A stretch of 63,997 nt of DNA, filler included, from Thermoplasmatota archaeon (GTDB taxonomy: Archaea > Thermoplasmatota > E2 > JACPAO01 > JAHFTW01): the NCBI GenBank assembly GCA_041623215.1. It is 6 parts of 6 records of this genome, joined end to end, with 100 filler letters (N's around TTAATTAATTAA, not from the genome) between each part and the next. Parts side by side here need not be neighbours in the genome. Positions count along the whole stretch, not along the records: positions 47,101 to 58,164 come from JBFJXH010000056.1; 5 more parts are not named here. One strand, 5' to 3'. The translations under genes were made by a program, and so were the position numbers. Below are positions 47,157-56,145 of this stretch, in pieces (positions within the stretch are counted from its first letter, which is position 1; each line of letters starts with the position of its first letter). Below the pieces are notes generated by a model. That model ran no database searches. It saw nothing but the letters and a program-made list of their open reading frames with translations, and was not told the origin of the DNA.

Positions 47157-48908
47157 GTGCAGGGCCACCCTCACCCCCGTCGCCACCTTTACTGGTTAGC
47201 CTGCGGCTTCACCGTTGCCGCGCTGGTGGCGGTTGGCCCCGTCGGCGGCCTTGTGGGCTGGGCCGGTGATGCCTGGCGCTGGGATGGATTGACGGCAGGC
47301 ACCGCCTTCAACGCCACCTACGCGGGAGCCACTTACGTGGACGAGGGCGGCTTCATTGACCTTGATGGCGACGGCGTGGAGGAATTGTTGGTTCCCGGTG
47401 AGGACCCGCGCGTCTTGCATGCCTTCCGCGATGGTGAGTTGCTGTGGAACCATACGGCCTTTGGTGAGTGGCACATTTACAACCCGCACGCCGGCATGCT
47501 GCCCGTTGTTGCAGACCTGGACGAGGATGGCTTGACGGAGTTGGTTGTGCCCAACCGTGACGGCTTTCTGCGCGTCTTAGACCCGCTTGATGGCAGTGAA
47601 TGGTGGGCCATTGACCTAGTCCAAGTGCCGCTGTTTGCGCCGCTGGCTGTGGCGGACCTAGACGGCACCAAGGATGGCCTGGAGATTCTAACCTATCATG
47701 AGCCAACGGCCGCTCAGCCGTACCTAGATGCCTGGGATGCCAAGGGCCGCCTCATCTGGCGGATTGACTGGACCGAGTATGCCAGCGCCGGTCAAAATGA
47801 CCATCCCATGACGCTGGTGGATGTGGATGGCGACGGCGCTCTCGATTTGTTTGTCAGTGCCCAGCGTCCCTACCGAATCGATGCAGCCACCGGGGAAGTG
47901 GTCTGGTCGCGCGACGCTTGCGGCATTGAAGCGGCTGTGGGCAAGGACCGCCGCGGCCACTGGCACGTTTGCATGACGCCCGAGGGCGATCTCGTTGTGG
48001 CCGACGCCATCACGGGCGTTGACGTGTGGAGCATCGAAGATCTGGGTATTCAGCCCGTGGCGCTTCGCGTAGCAGATGTCAACGGCGACCGCACCGCTGA
48101 TATTGTGGCCGTATCGCCCGAGTGTAGCGTAGTGCTGGTTGATGGAAGCCAGCGGCGCGTGGCCTGGGAAACCAAGCTGGACCACAAGGGATGCCAGCAG
48201 GTTCCGCTGCTTCTGGAAGATGCTGGCGAAACGTTCCTCGCGTTAGGGCGCCATGTCGTGGATGCTGCCAGCGGCCGCGTCCTTGCGGACCTGGCCGAAG
48301 ATGGCAACATGCCTGCCAGTTCCATCCGCGACACGGGCAGGATGGATGCGATTCAGGCCGATGGTGACGCCGCGGTAGAGCTGTTCACGACGGCCATCCG
48401 GGGAGGATTGTGGGCTGGCCGGGACTCGGACTATGTTCCCCCGGCGCCCTTTGGAGGTGTGTGTGCTGCGGACTGCGAACCGCGGGAACGGCCCAAGGTT
48501 GGCAATACCAGCAAGGAACTTCGCGACGATCCGCCGACGCAAGAGGACCCTTGCATCGATAACTGCGATGCGACGGACCCTGCGGGGGGAGGCGGCTCGG
48601 GCGGCGCGGGGGGCGGCACGGGTGGCGATACGGGCAACCCAGGAGGCGGCGACGAGGGAAGTGGTTCTGGCGATGGACGCAGTACGCGTCGCGTTGGGCG
48701 GGATACGACGGGCAACGCAGTTACCTGTCCGGAGGAATTGACGCTGGAGGAGTGTGACGCTCTCTTTGGCGAGGGATGGAATGAGCCGGAGCCCCGCACG
48801 GCTTGGCAGGTCACAATCGACACGGTATTGGCCCATCCCTGGTTCTTTGGCTTGTTTGTCATTGTGGCGGTCGGAGCCATTGTGCAGTGGCGCCGGCGGT
48901 ATTACTAG
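47157..48908 (+). CDS. FG-GAP/PQQ-like propeller surface protein with Gly-rich linker and C-terminal TM
   Basis: DLDGDG and DVNGD repeats; GGGGSGGAGG linker; TM followed by RRRYY. Confidence 0.8.
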   Translation: MQGHPHPRRHLYWLACGFTVAALVAVGPVGGLVGWAGDAWRWDGLTAGTAFNATYAGATYVDEGGFIDLDGDGVEELLVPGEDPRVLHAFRDGELLWNHTAFGEWHIYNPHAGMLPVVADLDEDGLTELVVPNRDGFLRVLDPLDGSEWWAIDLVQVPLFAPLAVADLDGTKDGLEILTYHEPTAAQPYLDAWDAKGRLIWRIDWTEYASAGQNDHPMTLVDVDGDGALDLFVSAQRPYRIDAATGEVVWSRDACGIEAAVGKDRRGHWHVCMTPEGDLVVADAITGVDVWSIEDLGIQPVALRVADVNGDRTADIVAVSPECSVVLVDGSQRRVAWETKLDHKGCQQVPLLLEDAGETFLALGRHVVDAASGRVLADLAEDGNMPASSIRDTGRMDAIQADGDAAVELFTTAIRGGLWAGRDSDYVPPAPFGGVCAADCEPRERPKVGNTSKELRDDPPTQEDPCIDNCDATDPAGGGGSGGAGGGTGGDTGNPGGGDEGSGSGDGRSTRRVGRDTTGNAVTCPEELTLEECDALFGEGWNEPEPRTAWQVTIDTVLAHPWFFGLFVIVAVGAIVQWRRRYY

Positions 48909-48994
48909 CGCTGCTGCTAGCCGCCTGGCCCGCATTGCTTCTGGAAAGGCAACCGTTATGACCGGCGTCGGGGTCGCTTTGTCAGGGTGCACAA

Positions 48995-49234
48995 ATGAAG
49001 GTCTTCGAATCCCAATTGCGAGGAAAGACCGTGATGAGCGATGAAGGCGGCTACCTCGGCGTCCTTCGCAACATCACCGCCAACGTCCAGACCGGCGACT
49101 TGACCGATATCCACGTCGAGCCAGCCATGGAAGTCGATGCACGGCTTTACCGCCGCGACGACCAAGGTCGTATCACATTCCCATTCCAATCGATTCGCAG
49201 CGTGCGCGACGTGATTGTCGTCGCCGCCAACTAA
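48995..49234 (+). CDS. Stand-alone PRC-barrel protein
   Basis: LRGKTVMSDEGGYLG...TGDL...PFQSIRSVRDVIVV, 79 aa. Confidence 0.88.
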   Translation: MKVFESQLRGKTVMSDEGGYLGVLRNITANVQTGDLTDIHVEPAMEVDARLYRRDDQGRITFPFQSIRSVRDVIVVAAN

Positions 49235-49398
49235 GTTCTAGCTGGTTCGCTGTACCCGGCGGGCGCGTAGGCCCGCTTCCATACCCACGGTAGCGCACGC
49301 TGGACTTACCTAGCGCTTGGGGGTAGTGTCGGGCGGTTTCCGTGCCCCCGCACCGCGCGGCCCGGAGGCACCCGGTACCAGACATAGACAGCCAGAAC

Positions 49399-49413
49399 TC
49401 GAACCCGTTCGAC
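49399..49413 (+). promoter_or_regulatory. Palindromic site TCGAAC-CC-GTTCGA(C), copy 1
   Basis: Perfect 6-2-6 inverted repeat in an intergenic region; identical 15-mer at 56108-56122 on the minus strand. Confidence 0.7.
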
Positions 49414-49524
49414 TTCGGCGACCTGAAGGGCACATCGGGGTCGTCACCGTTAAACCCGGAATCCGGCATCCCGCGCCCCGTCGCTCGGCTTGCCGGGCAC
49501 GCTCACATACATGGAGTCACAGTC

Positions 49525-50514
49525 ATGGTTCTCTTCGTCGACAAAGCAGCCGTCCTCGGGGCCGGCGTCATGGGCGCCCGCATCGCGGAAATTCTAGCCC
49601 TCAATGGAACGCGCGTCATTCTCAAAGACATCGACCAGGCCGCCCTGGACCGTGGTATGGCCGTCATCGAAAAGGATCTGGATGAATTGGTCGCTTTCCA
49701 TGCCGCCAAGGCAGACAAGGCCATCAAGGACTTCGAGAAGAAGACCGGCGTAGAACTGACGGACGACCAGAAGGCCAAGGTGGCCGAGACGCTCAAGCCG
49801 ACCTACACAGAGGAGCGGAAGGAGAAGATTCTCGCCAATATCACGCCAACCACGTCGTATGATGGCTTCGACCAACTGGATTTAGTCATCGAAGCCGTAG
49901 TCGAAAAACTCCCGATTAAGCACGCCGTGTACAAGGAGCTTCTAGAACACATTAGTGACCACTGCGTCTTGGCCAGCAATACGTCCACGCTGCCCATCAC
50001 GGAGCTTGCTGCTGGCCTGCCGCAAGAACGGCGGGGGCGCTTCATCGGCGTCCACTTCTTCAATCCCCCAACGCAGTTGCCGCTCGTGGAGATTATCCCT
50101 GGGTTCGAAACGCGCTACGACCTGGCGGATGACATCATCAATTTCTTCGCTCCCATGCGCAACTTCCGCTTCCCCATGCTGCCCATCCAAGTCAAGGAAG
50201 GGCCTGGGTTCTTGGTGAACCGCTTGCTCATCCCGTATCTCCAGGAAGCGCTGGCCTGCTATGAGGAGGGTGTGGCCAGCCCGAAGGACATTGACCTAGC
50301 ACTGCAAGCGGGCGCGGGCATGCCCATGGGTCCGCTTGCGCTCATGGACCTCATTGGCATCGACGTGCTTCATGATGTTTGCAATTCCGTCATGGAACAA
50401 TACGGCACTCATGGCACCGACCCGGTCAAGGCTGCTCAGGTGCTGCGGCGCTTGACCCTCGCCGGCCGCCTGGGCCAGAAGTCAGGCCAAGGATTCCACT
50501 CGTACAACGACTAA
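49525..50514 (+). CDS. 3-hydroxyacyl-CoA dehydrogenase
   Basis: GAGVMG, IEAVVE, ASNTST, GVHFFNP, GFLVNR, PMGPL..DLIGID, GRLGQKSGQGF. Confidence 0.94.
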   Translation: MVLFVDKAAVLGAGVMGARIAEILALNGTRVILKDIDQAALDRGMAVIEKDLDELVAFHAAKADKAIKDFEKKTGVELTDDQKAKVAETLKPTYTEERKEKILANITPTTSYDGFDQLDLVIEAVVEKLPIKHAVYKELLEHISDHCVLASNTSTLPITELAAGLPQERRGRFIGVHFFNPPTQLPLVEIIPGFETRYDLADDIINFFAPMRNFRFPMLPIQVKEGPGFLVNRLLIPYLQEALACYEEGVASPKDIDLALQAGAGMPMGPLALMDLIGIDVLHDVCNSVMEQYGTHGTDPVKAAQVLRRLTLAGRLGQKSGQGFHSYND

Positions 50515-50557
50515 CCGAACCAATCGACGAACCACTCCACGAAACATAGGTGACAAC

Positions 50558-51352
50558 ATGCCAGAATACCTCAACGTCAAGACCGAAAACAACACCGCCA
50601 TCATTACCCTCGACAACGCCCCCGTTAACAGCCTGAACCCGCAAATGCTGGACGAAATCAAGGCGACCATGGAGGAACTAGCCGGCAGCAACGATGTCCG
50701 CGCCATCATCATTACGGGCGCTGGAAACCACGCTTTCTGCGCTGGGGCGGACCTGAAGACCTTCCAGGACTTTGACCCGCAAAACCCCAAGGAAGAGGCC
50801 GAGGCGCTCGTTGCCAAGGGCCATGCTGCCTTCAATGCCATCGAGGATTGCCCGAAGCCCGTCATTGCGGCCATCAACAATTTGGCGCTTGGTGGCGGCT
50901 GTGAGCTTTCCATGAGCTGCGACATTCGCATTTCCTCTGACCGTGCCCGCTTTGGCCAGCCCGAAGTGTGGCTTGGGCTCCTGCCGGCCTGGGGCGGCTG
51001 CACCCGTCTGCCACAAATCGTCGGTGCCGCGAAGGCAAAGGAACTCATCTTCACTGGCCAAATGATCAACGCGCAAGAAGCGCAGCGCATCGGCCTGGTC
51101 AACAAGATCGTCCCCGACGGCGAAGAGCTTCGTGCGGCCATTGACATTGCTCGCATGATTATCCGCAAGTCGGCGCCGCTGGCCGTTGCCGAGAGCAAGG
51201 CCGCCGTCAACTTCGGCCTGCGCGCCGACACCCGCGACGCCAGCCTTGCCAATGAGCTCGCGGCGGCGGGTAAGTTGTCCACCACCGAAGACCTAGTGGA
51301 AGGTCTCACGGCCTTCGTCGAAAAGCGGCCGGCCGAATTCGCTGGCAAATAG
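50558..51352 (+). CDS. Enoyl-CoA hydratase
   Basis: AFCAGADL, PVIAAIN, GGGCE, FGQPE, GLVN. Confidence 0.94.
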   Translation: MPEYLNVKTENNTAIITLDNAPVNSLNPQMLDEIKATMEELAGSNDVRAIIITGAGNHAFCAGADLKTFQDFDPQNPKEEAEALVAKGHAAFNAIEDCPKPVIAAINNLALGGGCELSMSCDIRISSDRARFGQPEVWLGLLPAWGGCTRLPQIVGAAKAKELIFTGQMINAQEAQRIGLVNKIVPDGEELRAAIDIARMIIRKSAPLAVAESKAAVNFGLRADTRDASLANELAAAGKLSTTEDLVEGLTAFVEKRPAEFAGK

Positions 51353-51469
51353 GCGCTCGCAGCGGTCGATACCTTACGGCCAGCGTGTTGCCTTTGGCTC
51401 CTTTTCCCCTTCCTCTTCTCGCTCCGTCTTCTCCATTTCCAACCGCCTGCCCCGAATCAGGAATTCATT

Positions 51470-52681
51470 ATGGGACTCGAATTCTCCTTCACGCCCGCCC
51501 AGCGCCTTCTGCAACGCAGTGCCCGCTCGTTCATGCGAAACGAGATTGAACCCTACCTACCGGCCGATGATTGGACCGGGCATGGTGGCCATACGCCCAT
51601 GGATTTGGTCAAGAAATTGCAGAACCAGGGCTACTTTGGCTTGCCCGTTCCGACAGACCTTGGCGGCCCAGGTATGGGGGAAGTAGAGTATTGCCTGGTC
51701 TTCGAAGAATTGGCGGCTGTCGACTCATCCCTTGCGACCGTATTTGGCGCCCACACGGGCATCGGTCTGATGCCAATCTATCTGTTTGGTAACGATGAGC
51801 AGCGAGAGCGGTATGTGCGGCCCATCGGTGAAGGGAAGCACGTGGCCGCTTTTGCGCTGACCGAGCCAACGGCCGGCAGCGACGCCGCCCACATCAAGAC
51901 CACCGCCGTCAAGGAAGGCGGAGATTACGTCATCAATGGAACCAAGATTTGGTGCTCCAATGGCAACTTTGCCGACACGCTCGTCGTTTTTGCCGTGACG
52001 GATGAAATGCTGGGTGCTCATGGGGGCGTCACGGCATTTATCGTCGAAAAAGACGCTGGCTTCGAAGTTGGAACCATCGAGGACAAGCTCGGCATTCGGC
52101 AATCCAACACGGCCGAACTGATCTTTGACAACGTCCATGTGCCAAAGGAAAACGTGCTTGGAAAAGTGGGTGAGGGCTTCATCGCCGCGCTTACTGCCCT
52201 TGATGGCGGTCGCGTGGGCCTTGGTGCTGCGACGCTCGGGGCGACCAAGCGGCTACTTGAGCAAATGATTGACCATAGTTTGCGCCGGGAACGGTTTGGC
52301 AAATCCATCGGCGAGAACCAAGCCCTCCAATGGGCGATGGCAGACATTGCCTCGGATATTCATTTGGCCCAGTACGCAACGTACCATGCGGCAAGCCTCA
52401 CGAATGACTACTACCACCGCATTGCAGCCGGGGAACCTGTGCCACGAAGCTTGCGTGAACAAGTCAGTCGAGCGGCGGCCGTGGTCAAGATTCATTGCTC
52501 CGAGATGGCCGGTCGGGCCGGCGAGAAAGCCATCCAGGTCTTCGGGGCCGAAGGCCTTCGGATGCGGAACCGCGTTGAGCGGGCCTTCCGCGATCAACCC
52601 ATCACTGAGATTTACGAGGGCACGAACGAAATCCAGCGTCTCATCATTGCACGCGAACTCTTGCAGCGGGGGGGTGTGTGA
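51470..52681 (+). CDS. Acyl-CoA dehydrogenase
   Basis: FALTEPTAGSD, NGTKIWCSN, KLGIR, LDGGR, IYEGTNEIQR. Confidence 0.95.
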   Translation: MGLEFSFTPAQRLLQRSARSFMRNEIEPYLPADDWTGHGGHTPMDLVKKLQNQGYFGLPVPTDLGGPGMGEVEYCLVFEELAAVDSSLATVFGAHTGIGLMPIYLFGNDEQRERYVRPIGEGKHVAAFALTEPTAGSDAAHIKTTAVKEGGDYVINGTKIWCSNGNFADTLVVFAVTDEMLGAHGGVTAFIVEKDAGFEVGTIEDKLGIRQSNTAELIFDNVHVPKENVLGKVGEGFIAALTALDGGRVGLGAATLGATKRLLEQMIDHSLRRERFGKSIGENQALQWAMADIASDIHLAQYATYHAASLTNDYYHRIAAGEPVPRSLREQVSRAAAVVKIHCSEMAGRAGEKAIQVFGAEGLRMRNRVERAFRDQPITEIYEGTNEIQRLIIARELLQRGGV

Positions 52682-53436
52682 TGGGGCTTCGTATTCTGGT
52701 ACCTGTGACCGGTGCCTTCCACGGGCGGCTGCGGGTTCGCCGCAGTTCCGGCCGATTGGACACGGAAGGACTGGACCGTGTCCTCTCCGAGCCAAGTACG
52801 CGCGCCCTGAACTTGGCCCTGCAACTGCGCGAGCACGACGCGGAGTTGGTGGCCGTGCACGTGGACAAGGGTGGCGGCGAAGCAATCCTTCGCGAAGCCA
52901 TGGCTTACGGCCTTGACCAGGGCGTTCTGGTGGAAAATGCCCCCAAGCCGAGCGACGCCGGGACGCGGGCGGCCACCATGGCCGAAGTGGTCAAGCAAAA
53001 CGGACCGTTTGACGCCGTCATCGGTCCGGCGCGAAGCGAATTTGGAGGCTTTTCAGGGACCTTGGCCGCGCTGGCGGGCAATCTCGAACTACCGTGCGTT
53101 GTGGGTGTGCGCCGCATTGCCCCCGACGATGGCGGATTTGCCGTTGGCTACACCAGCATCTTCGGAGATTACGACCTGCACATCCCGCGCCCATGCGTGG
53201 TTCTGGCGGGTGACTTGCCGCCTGCCTACCCCACCAGTTGGGGCATTACGGCGAGCCATGAAGAGAAGGGGCTCCTTCGCGTCGACGCCACCACGTTTGG
53301 CCTCGCCGGGCCGTCCACCGACCGCGCGCGCGTGGAGGGTGTGCCGCGTGCCGAGCAAAGCCTAGAGGAAGTGGATGGCGCAACCTTGGTGCGAAGGCTT
53401 CGCAGTCGGAGCCTGATTGCGGAGGGTAATCCATGA
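52678..53436 (+). CDS. Electron transfer flavoprotein beta-like subunit (divergent)
   Basis: RALNLALQL, LREAMAYGLDQG, LAGNLELP, LHIPRPCV; overlaps both the ACAD and ETF-alpha genes. Confidence 0.75.
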   Translation: MMGLRILVPVTGAFHGRLRVRRSSGRLDTEGLDRVLSEPSTRALNLALQLREHDAELVAVHVDKGGGEAILREAMAYGLDQGVLVENAPKPSDAGTRAATMAEVVKQNGPFDAVIGPARSEFGGFSGTLAALAGNLELPCVVGVRRIAPDDGGFAVGYTSIFGDYDLHIPRPCVVLAGDLPPAYPTSWGITASHEEKGLLRVDATTFGLAGPSTDRARVEGVPRAEQSLEEVDGATLVRRLRSRSLIAEGNP

Positions 53437-54488
53437 GCGATGATTGGGGCTTTGCCGACGTCTATGCGATGGACGATGAACCGGTGGAGAAAACCGGACA
53501 ACTGACCGACGTCGTAGGCGAAGATTGGCGCAACATCCTGGTGCTCGGTCGTGCGACAGCCGATGGCGTTTACCCTGAAACGCTGAGTCTGGTAGGCCGT
53601 GCTCGCCACATGGCGGACGAACTAGGTTGCCGGGTCGAAGTGTTGCTCATTGGCGAGAATCTTGACGCAGCAACCGAGGCACTCAAGCGATATCCGATTG
53701 ACACCGTCTACCGAGTATCAGCGCCCGATTACGCGCCCATCGATCACACGGCAAGAATCATTCAGCAGGTGGTTCGCAAGCGCCGTCCTGAACTGGTCAT
53801 GGTTTTCCAGTCCCGCACGGGTGACGCGCTGACCGCCTACGCCGCAAGTCGCTCGGGCGCGGGCTTCGTCGTCGGGGCTATTGATGTGCAAATGGACACC
53901 ATGGAGCGCAAGGCGATTGTGCGCCACCAGGCCGTGAATGCGGGCTTCATCATCAACACGCACTTCACCAGCCAGCCACAATTCGTTAGTGTCCAGCGCG
54001 GCCTGTTTCGCTCGCCGATGGAGGACCCCTATGCCAATGTCACTGTGCATGACCTTGACATTGATGCCGGGCAACTGGCTGATATTCGGGTCACGGAGCG
54101 CCGGGAACCGAAGGCTCCTGATCTTGCCACGGCCGAAACGGTAGTCATTGCCGGCAGTCGCGTTGCCACGTCCGAAGCATTGGCCGCAGCGGAGGCCCTA
54201 GCCAAGCGGCTAGGAGCTGCTTTTGGCGTGACGCGGGCGGTCGTTGAGCGAGGCCTAGCGGACGAGACTGCGTACAGCGTGGTTGGGTGGTGGGATGTCC
54301 ACGTCGCTCCTCGTCTGCTGGTCACTGTTGGGTGCCGTGGCGCCCTCGACTTCCAGAATGGCATCGAAGGGACGCCGGTCATTGCCGCGCTAGGAAATGA
54401 TGCTGGAGATGCCATTGCCGGCCTCGCAGCCTACCTGGTACCTGGCGACCCGGCTGAAGCTATGGCGGCGTTTGAAGCCGGCTTGTAG
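53433..54488 (+). CDS. Electron transfer flavoprotein alpha-like subunit (divergent)
   Basis: PELV, PQFVSV, DLATAETVVIAG, LAKRLGA..GVTRAVVE, VAPRL, PGD. Confidence 0.78.
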   Translation: MSDDWGFADVYAMDDEPVEKTGQLTDVVGEDWRNILVLGRATADGVYPETLSLVGRARHMADELGCRVEVLLIGENLDAATEALKRYPIDTVYRVSAPDYAPIDHTARIIQQVVRKRRPELVMVFQSRTGDALTAYAASRSGAGFVVGAIDVQMDTMERKAIVRHQAVNAGFIINTHFTSQPQFVSVQRGLFRSPMEDPYANVTVHDLDIDAGQLADIRVTERREPKAPDLATAETVVIAGSRVATSEALAAAEALAKRLGAAFGVTRAVVERGLADETAYSVVGWWDVHVAPRLLVTVGCRGALDFQNGIEGTPVIAALGNDAGDAIAGLAAYLVPGDPAEAMAAFEAGL

Positions 54489-54493
54489 GGCCC

Positions 54494-54892
54494 CTACGCC
54501 TTTTCGAACATCATGCCCGGCTTGTAGGACGGGATGTATTCGACTTTCGAGCCCATGGGCAGCTCGGAAGGCCGTCCAATCCAGGGAATCCATCCGCTGA
54601 CTTTGGGCCCGTCGTCCAATTGAATGACAGCAAAGGCGAAGGGCGTCTCATTCAGGAATTCCTCCGCAGCTACCGATTGAATCGTGTAAGAAACCACGGT
54701 GCCGGTAGTGGAAAACTGGCGTCGGCTAATGTCGGTGCTGCGGCACTTTGAGCAGCGCATCATGGGGCTGAATTGGTCGTAGGAACACGCATTGCAATGG
54801 AAGCCCGTGATGTTGCCATCGCGAAGCAACTCGGCTTGCTCCTTCATGGTGATGGCCGGGGCCGAGGTGGCCTCCTGGACGGTCTCGCTCAT
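54494..54892 (-). CDS. DUF35 Zn-ribbon/OB-fold protein (thiolase partner)
   Basis: CNAC...P...CSKC, GTVVSYT, PF..AVIQLDDG; directly downstream of the thiolase gene. Confidence 0.92.
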   Translation of the reverse strand: MSETVQEATSAPAITMKEQAELLRDGNITGFHCNACSYDQFSPMMRCSKCRSTDISRRQFSTTGTVVSYTIQSVAAEEFLNETPFAFAVIQLDDGPKVSGWIPWIGRPSELPMGSKVEYIPSYKPGMMFEKA

Positions 54893-54893
54893 G

Positions 54894-56051
54894 TCAGGAC
54901 CTCCGTGCCAGGATGTGGGTCGCAACGGTGCCGCCGGTGGCGCCGACGTTGTGCGTCATGCCGCGCGTGGCACCATCCACTTGTCGGCCGCCTGCCTCGC
55001 CACGAAGTTGGATTACGGTCTCCACAATCTGGCCGACTCCCGTCGCTCCTACTGGGTGACCTTTCGCCTTCAGGCCGCCACTCGGGTTGATGGGACGGTC
55101 GCCGTCCGGGTACGTCCGCCCTTCGTTCTCGGCGATGTAGCCCTTGCCTCGCTCGAAGATTCCTAGGTCTTCGCTCGCCACGATTTCGGCAATCGTGAAG
55201 CAATCGTGAACCTCGAAGAAGTCGATGTCCTTGGGCTTGACCTTGGCCTGCTGGTAGGCCTTTTGGCCGGCGCTGACCGTCCCGGGAATGGTCGTCAAGT
55301 CATCGCGGTCATGTAGCGCGGCAATGGAGCCGCTGCGGGCACTTGCCTCGACGTAGATGGGCGTGTCCGTGAGCTTCTTGGCCACTTCTTCCGAGCAAAG
55401 GATTGCTGCGGCTGCGCCGTCACTGAACGGGCAAGCATCGTAGAGTTTCAGGGGGTCAGCGACTTTCATGGAGCTCATGACGTCCTCCATGGTGATTTCC
55501 TTGCGCAAATGCGCTTTTGGATTGTGGACCGCGTTCTTGTGGTTCTTGATGGCCACGTTGCCGAGGTCCTCCTCTCCGGCGCCGTATTGATCGAAGTAGC
55601 CACGCGCCATGGTGGCATACAAGCCGGGGAACGAGCAGCCATTGCCGCCTTCGAACGTGTAATCAGAGCCATAAGAGAAGTAGGTCGTAGCTGTGAGCGT
55701 ATCCAACATGCTCACACGCTCTACGCCGCCGGCGATGACCATGTCCGAGAAGCCGCCCGCCACATCACGGTAGGCATGGTGGAAGGCGGTGCCGGCGCTG
55801 GCGCAGGCGGTTTCCATCATGGTCGCGGGCGTCTCCGGGATGCCAAGGGCGGTCATAATGAGCGGGCCCAGGTGGCCTTGTTTTTCCGCCACGCCGAAGG
55901 CATTGCCAAAGAAGCCGCCCTCAATGTCCGTGGCGGCAACGCCAGCCTCTTCAATCGCATCGTTGGCGGCGACCGTCATCAATTCGTGAGCTTTCAGATC
56001 TAGTCGGCCGTACTTGGTAGAGCCGATACCGACAACGCATACGTCACGCAT
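54894..56051 (-). CDS. Archaeal-type thiolase (acetyl-CoA acetyltransferase)
   Basis: ETACASAG, NPKAH, SDGAAA, EVHDCF, NPSGGLKAKGHPVGATG, HNVG. Confidence 0.95.
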   Translation of the reverse strand: MRDVCVVGIGSTKYGRLDLKAHELMTVAANDAIEEAGVAATDIEGGFFGNAFGVAEKQGHLGPLIMTALGIPETPATMMETACASAGTAFHHAYRDVAGGFSDMVIAGGVERVSMLDTLTATTYFSYGSDYTFEGGNGCSFPGLYATMARGYFDQYGAGEEDLGNVAIKNHKNAVHNPKAHLRKEITMEDVMSSMKVADPLKLYDACPFSDGAAAAILCSEEVAKKLTDTPIYVEASARSGSIAALHDRDDLTTIPGTVSAGQKAYQQAKVKPKDIDFFEVHDCFTIAEIVASEDLGIFERGKGYIAENEGRTYPDGDRPINPSGGLKAKGHPVGATGVGQIVETVIQLRGEAGGRQVDGATRGMTHNVGATGGTVATHILARRS

Positions 56052-56107
56052 GATATGTTCAAGGCTAGGTTGAACGTGAAAAGGGGAAAAGGGTGGTGGT
56101 GAGTGGG

Positions 56108-56122
56108 GTCGAACGGGTTCGA
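56108..56122 (-). promoter_or_regulatory. Palindromic site TCGAAC-CC-GTTCGA(C), copy 2
   Basis: Plus strand reads GTCGAACGGGTTCGA, upstream of the thiolase gene; identical to 49399-49413 when read in the coding orientation. Confidence 0.7.
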
Positions 56123-56145
56123 TGCCACGTGCCTTTGGGCCAATT

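Noticed and set aside
49399..49412. Resemblance to the Gram-positive LexA box (CGAAC-N4-GTTCG)
   Set aside because: The spacer is 2 nt, not 4, the host is archaeal and the downstream genes are metabolic. Kept only as an unassigned operator.
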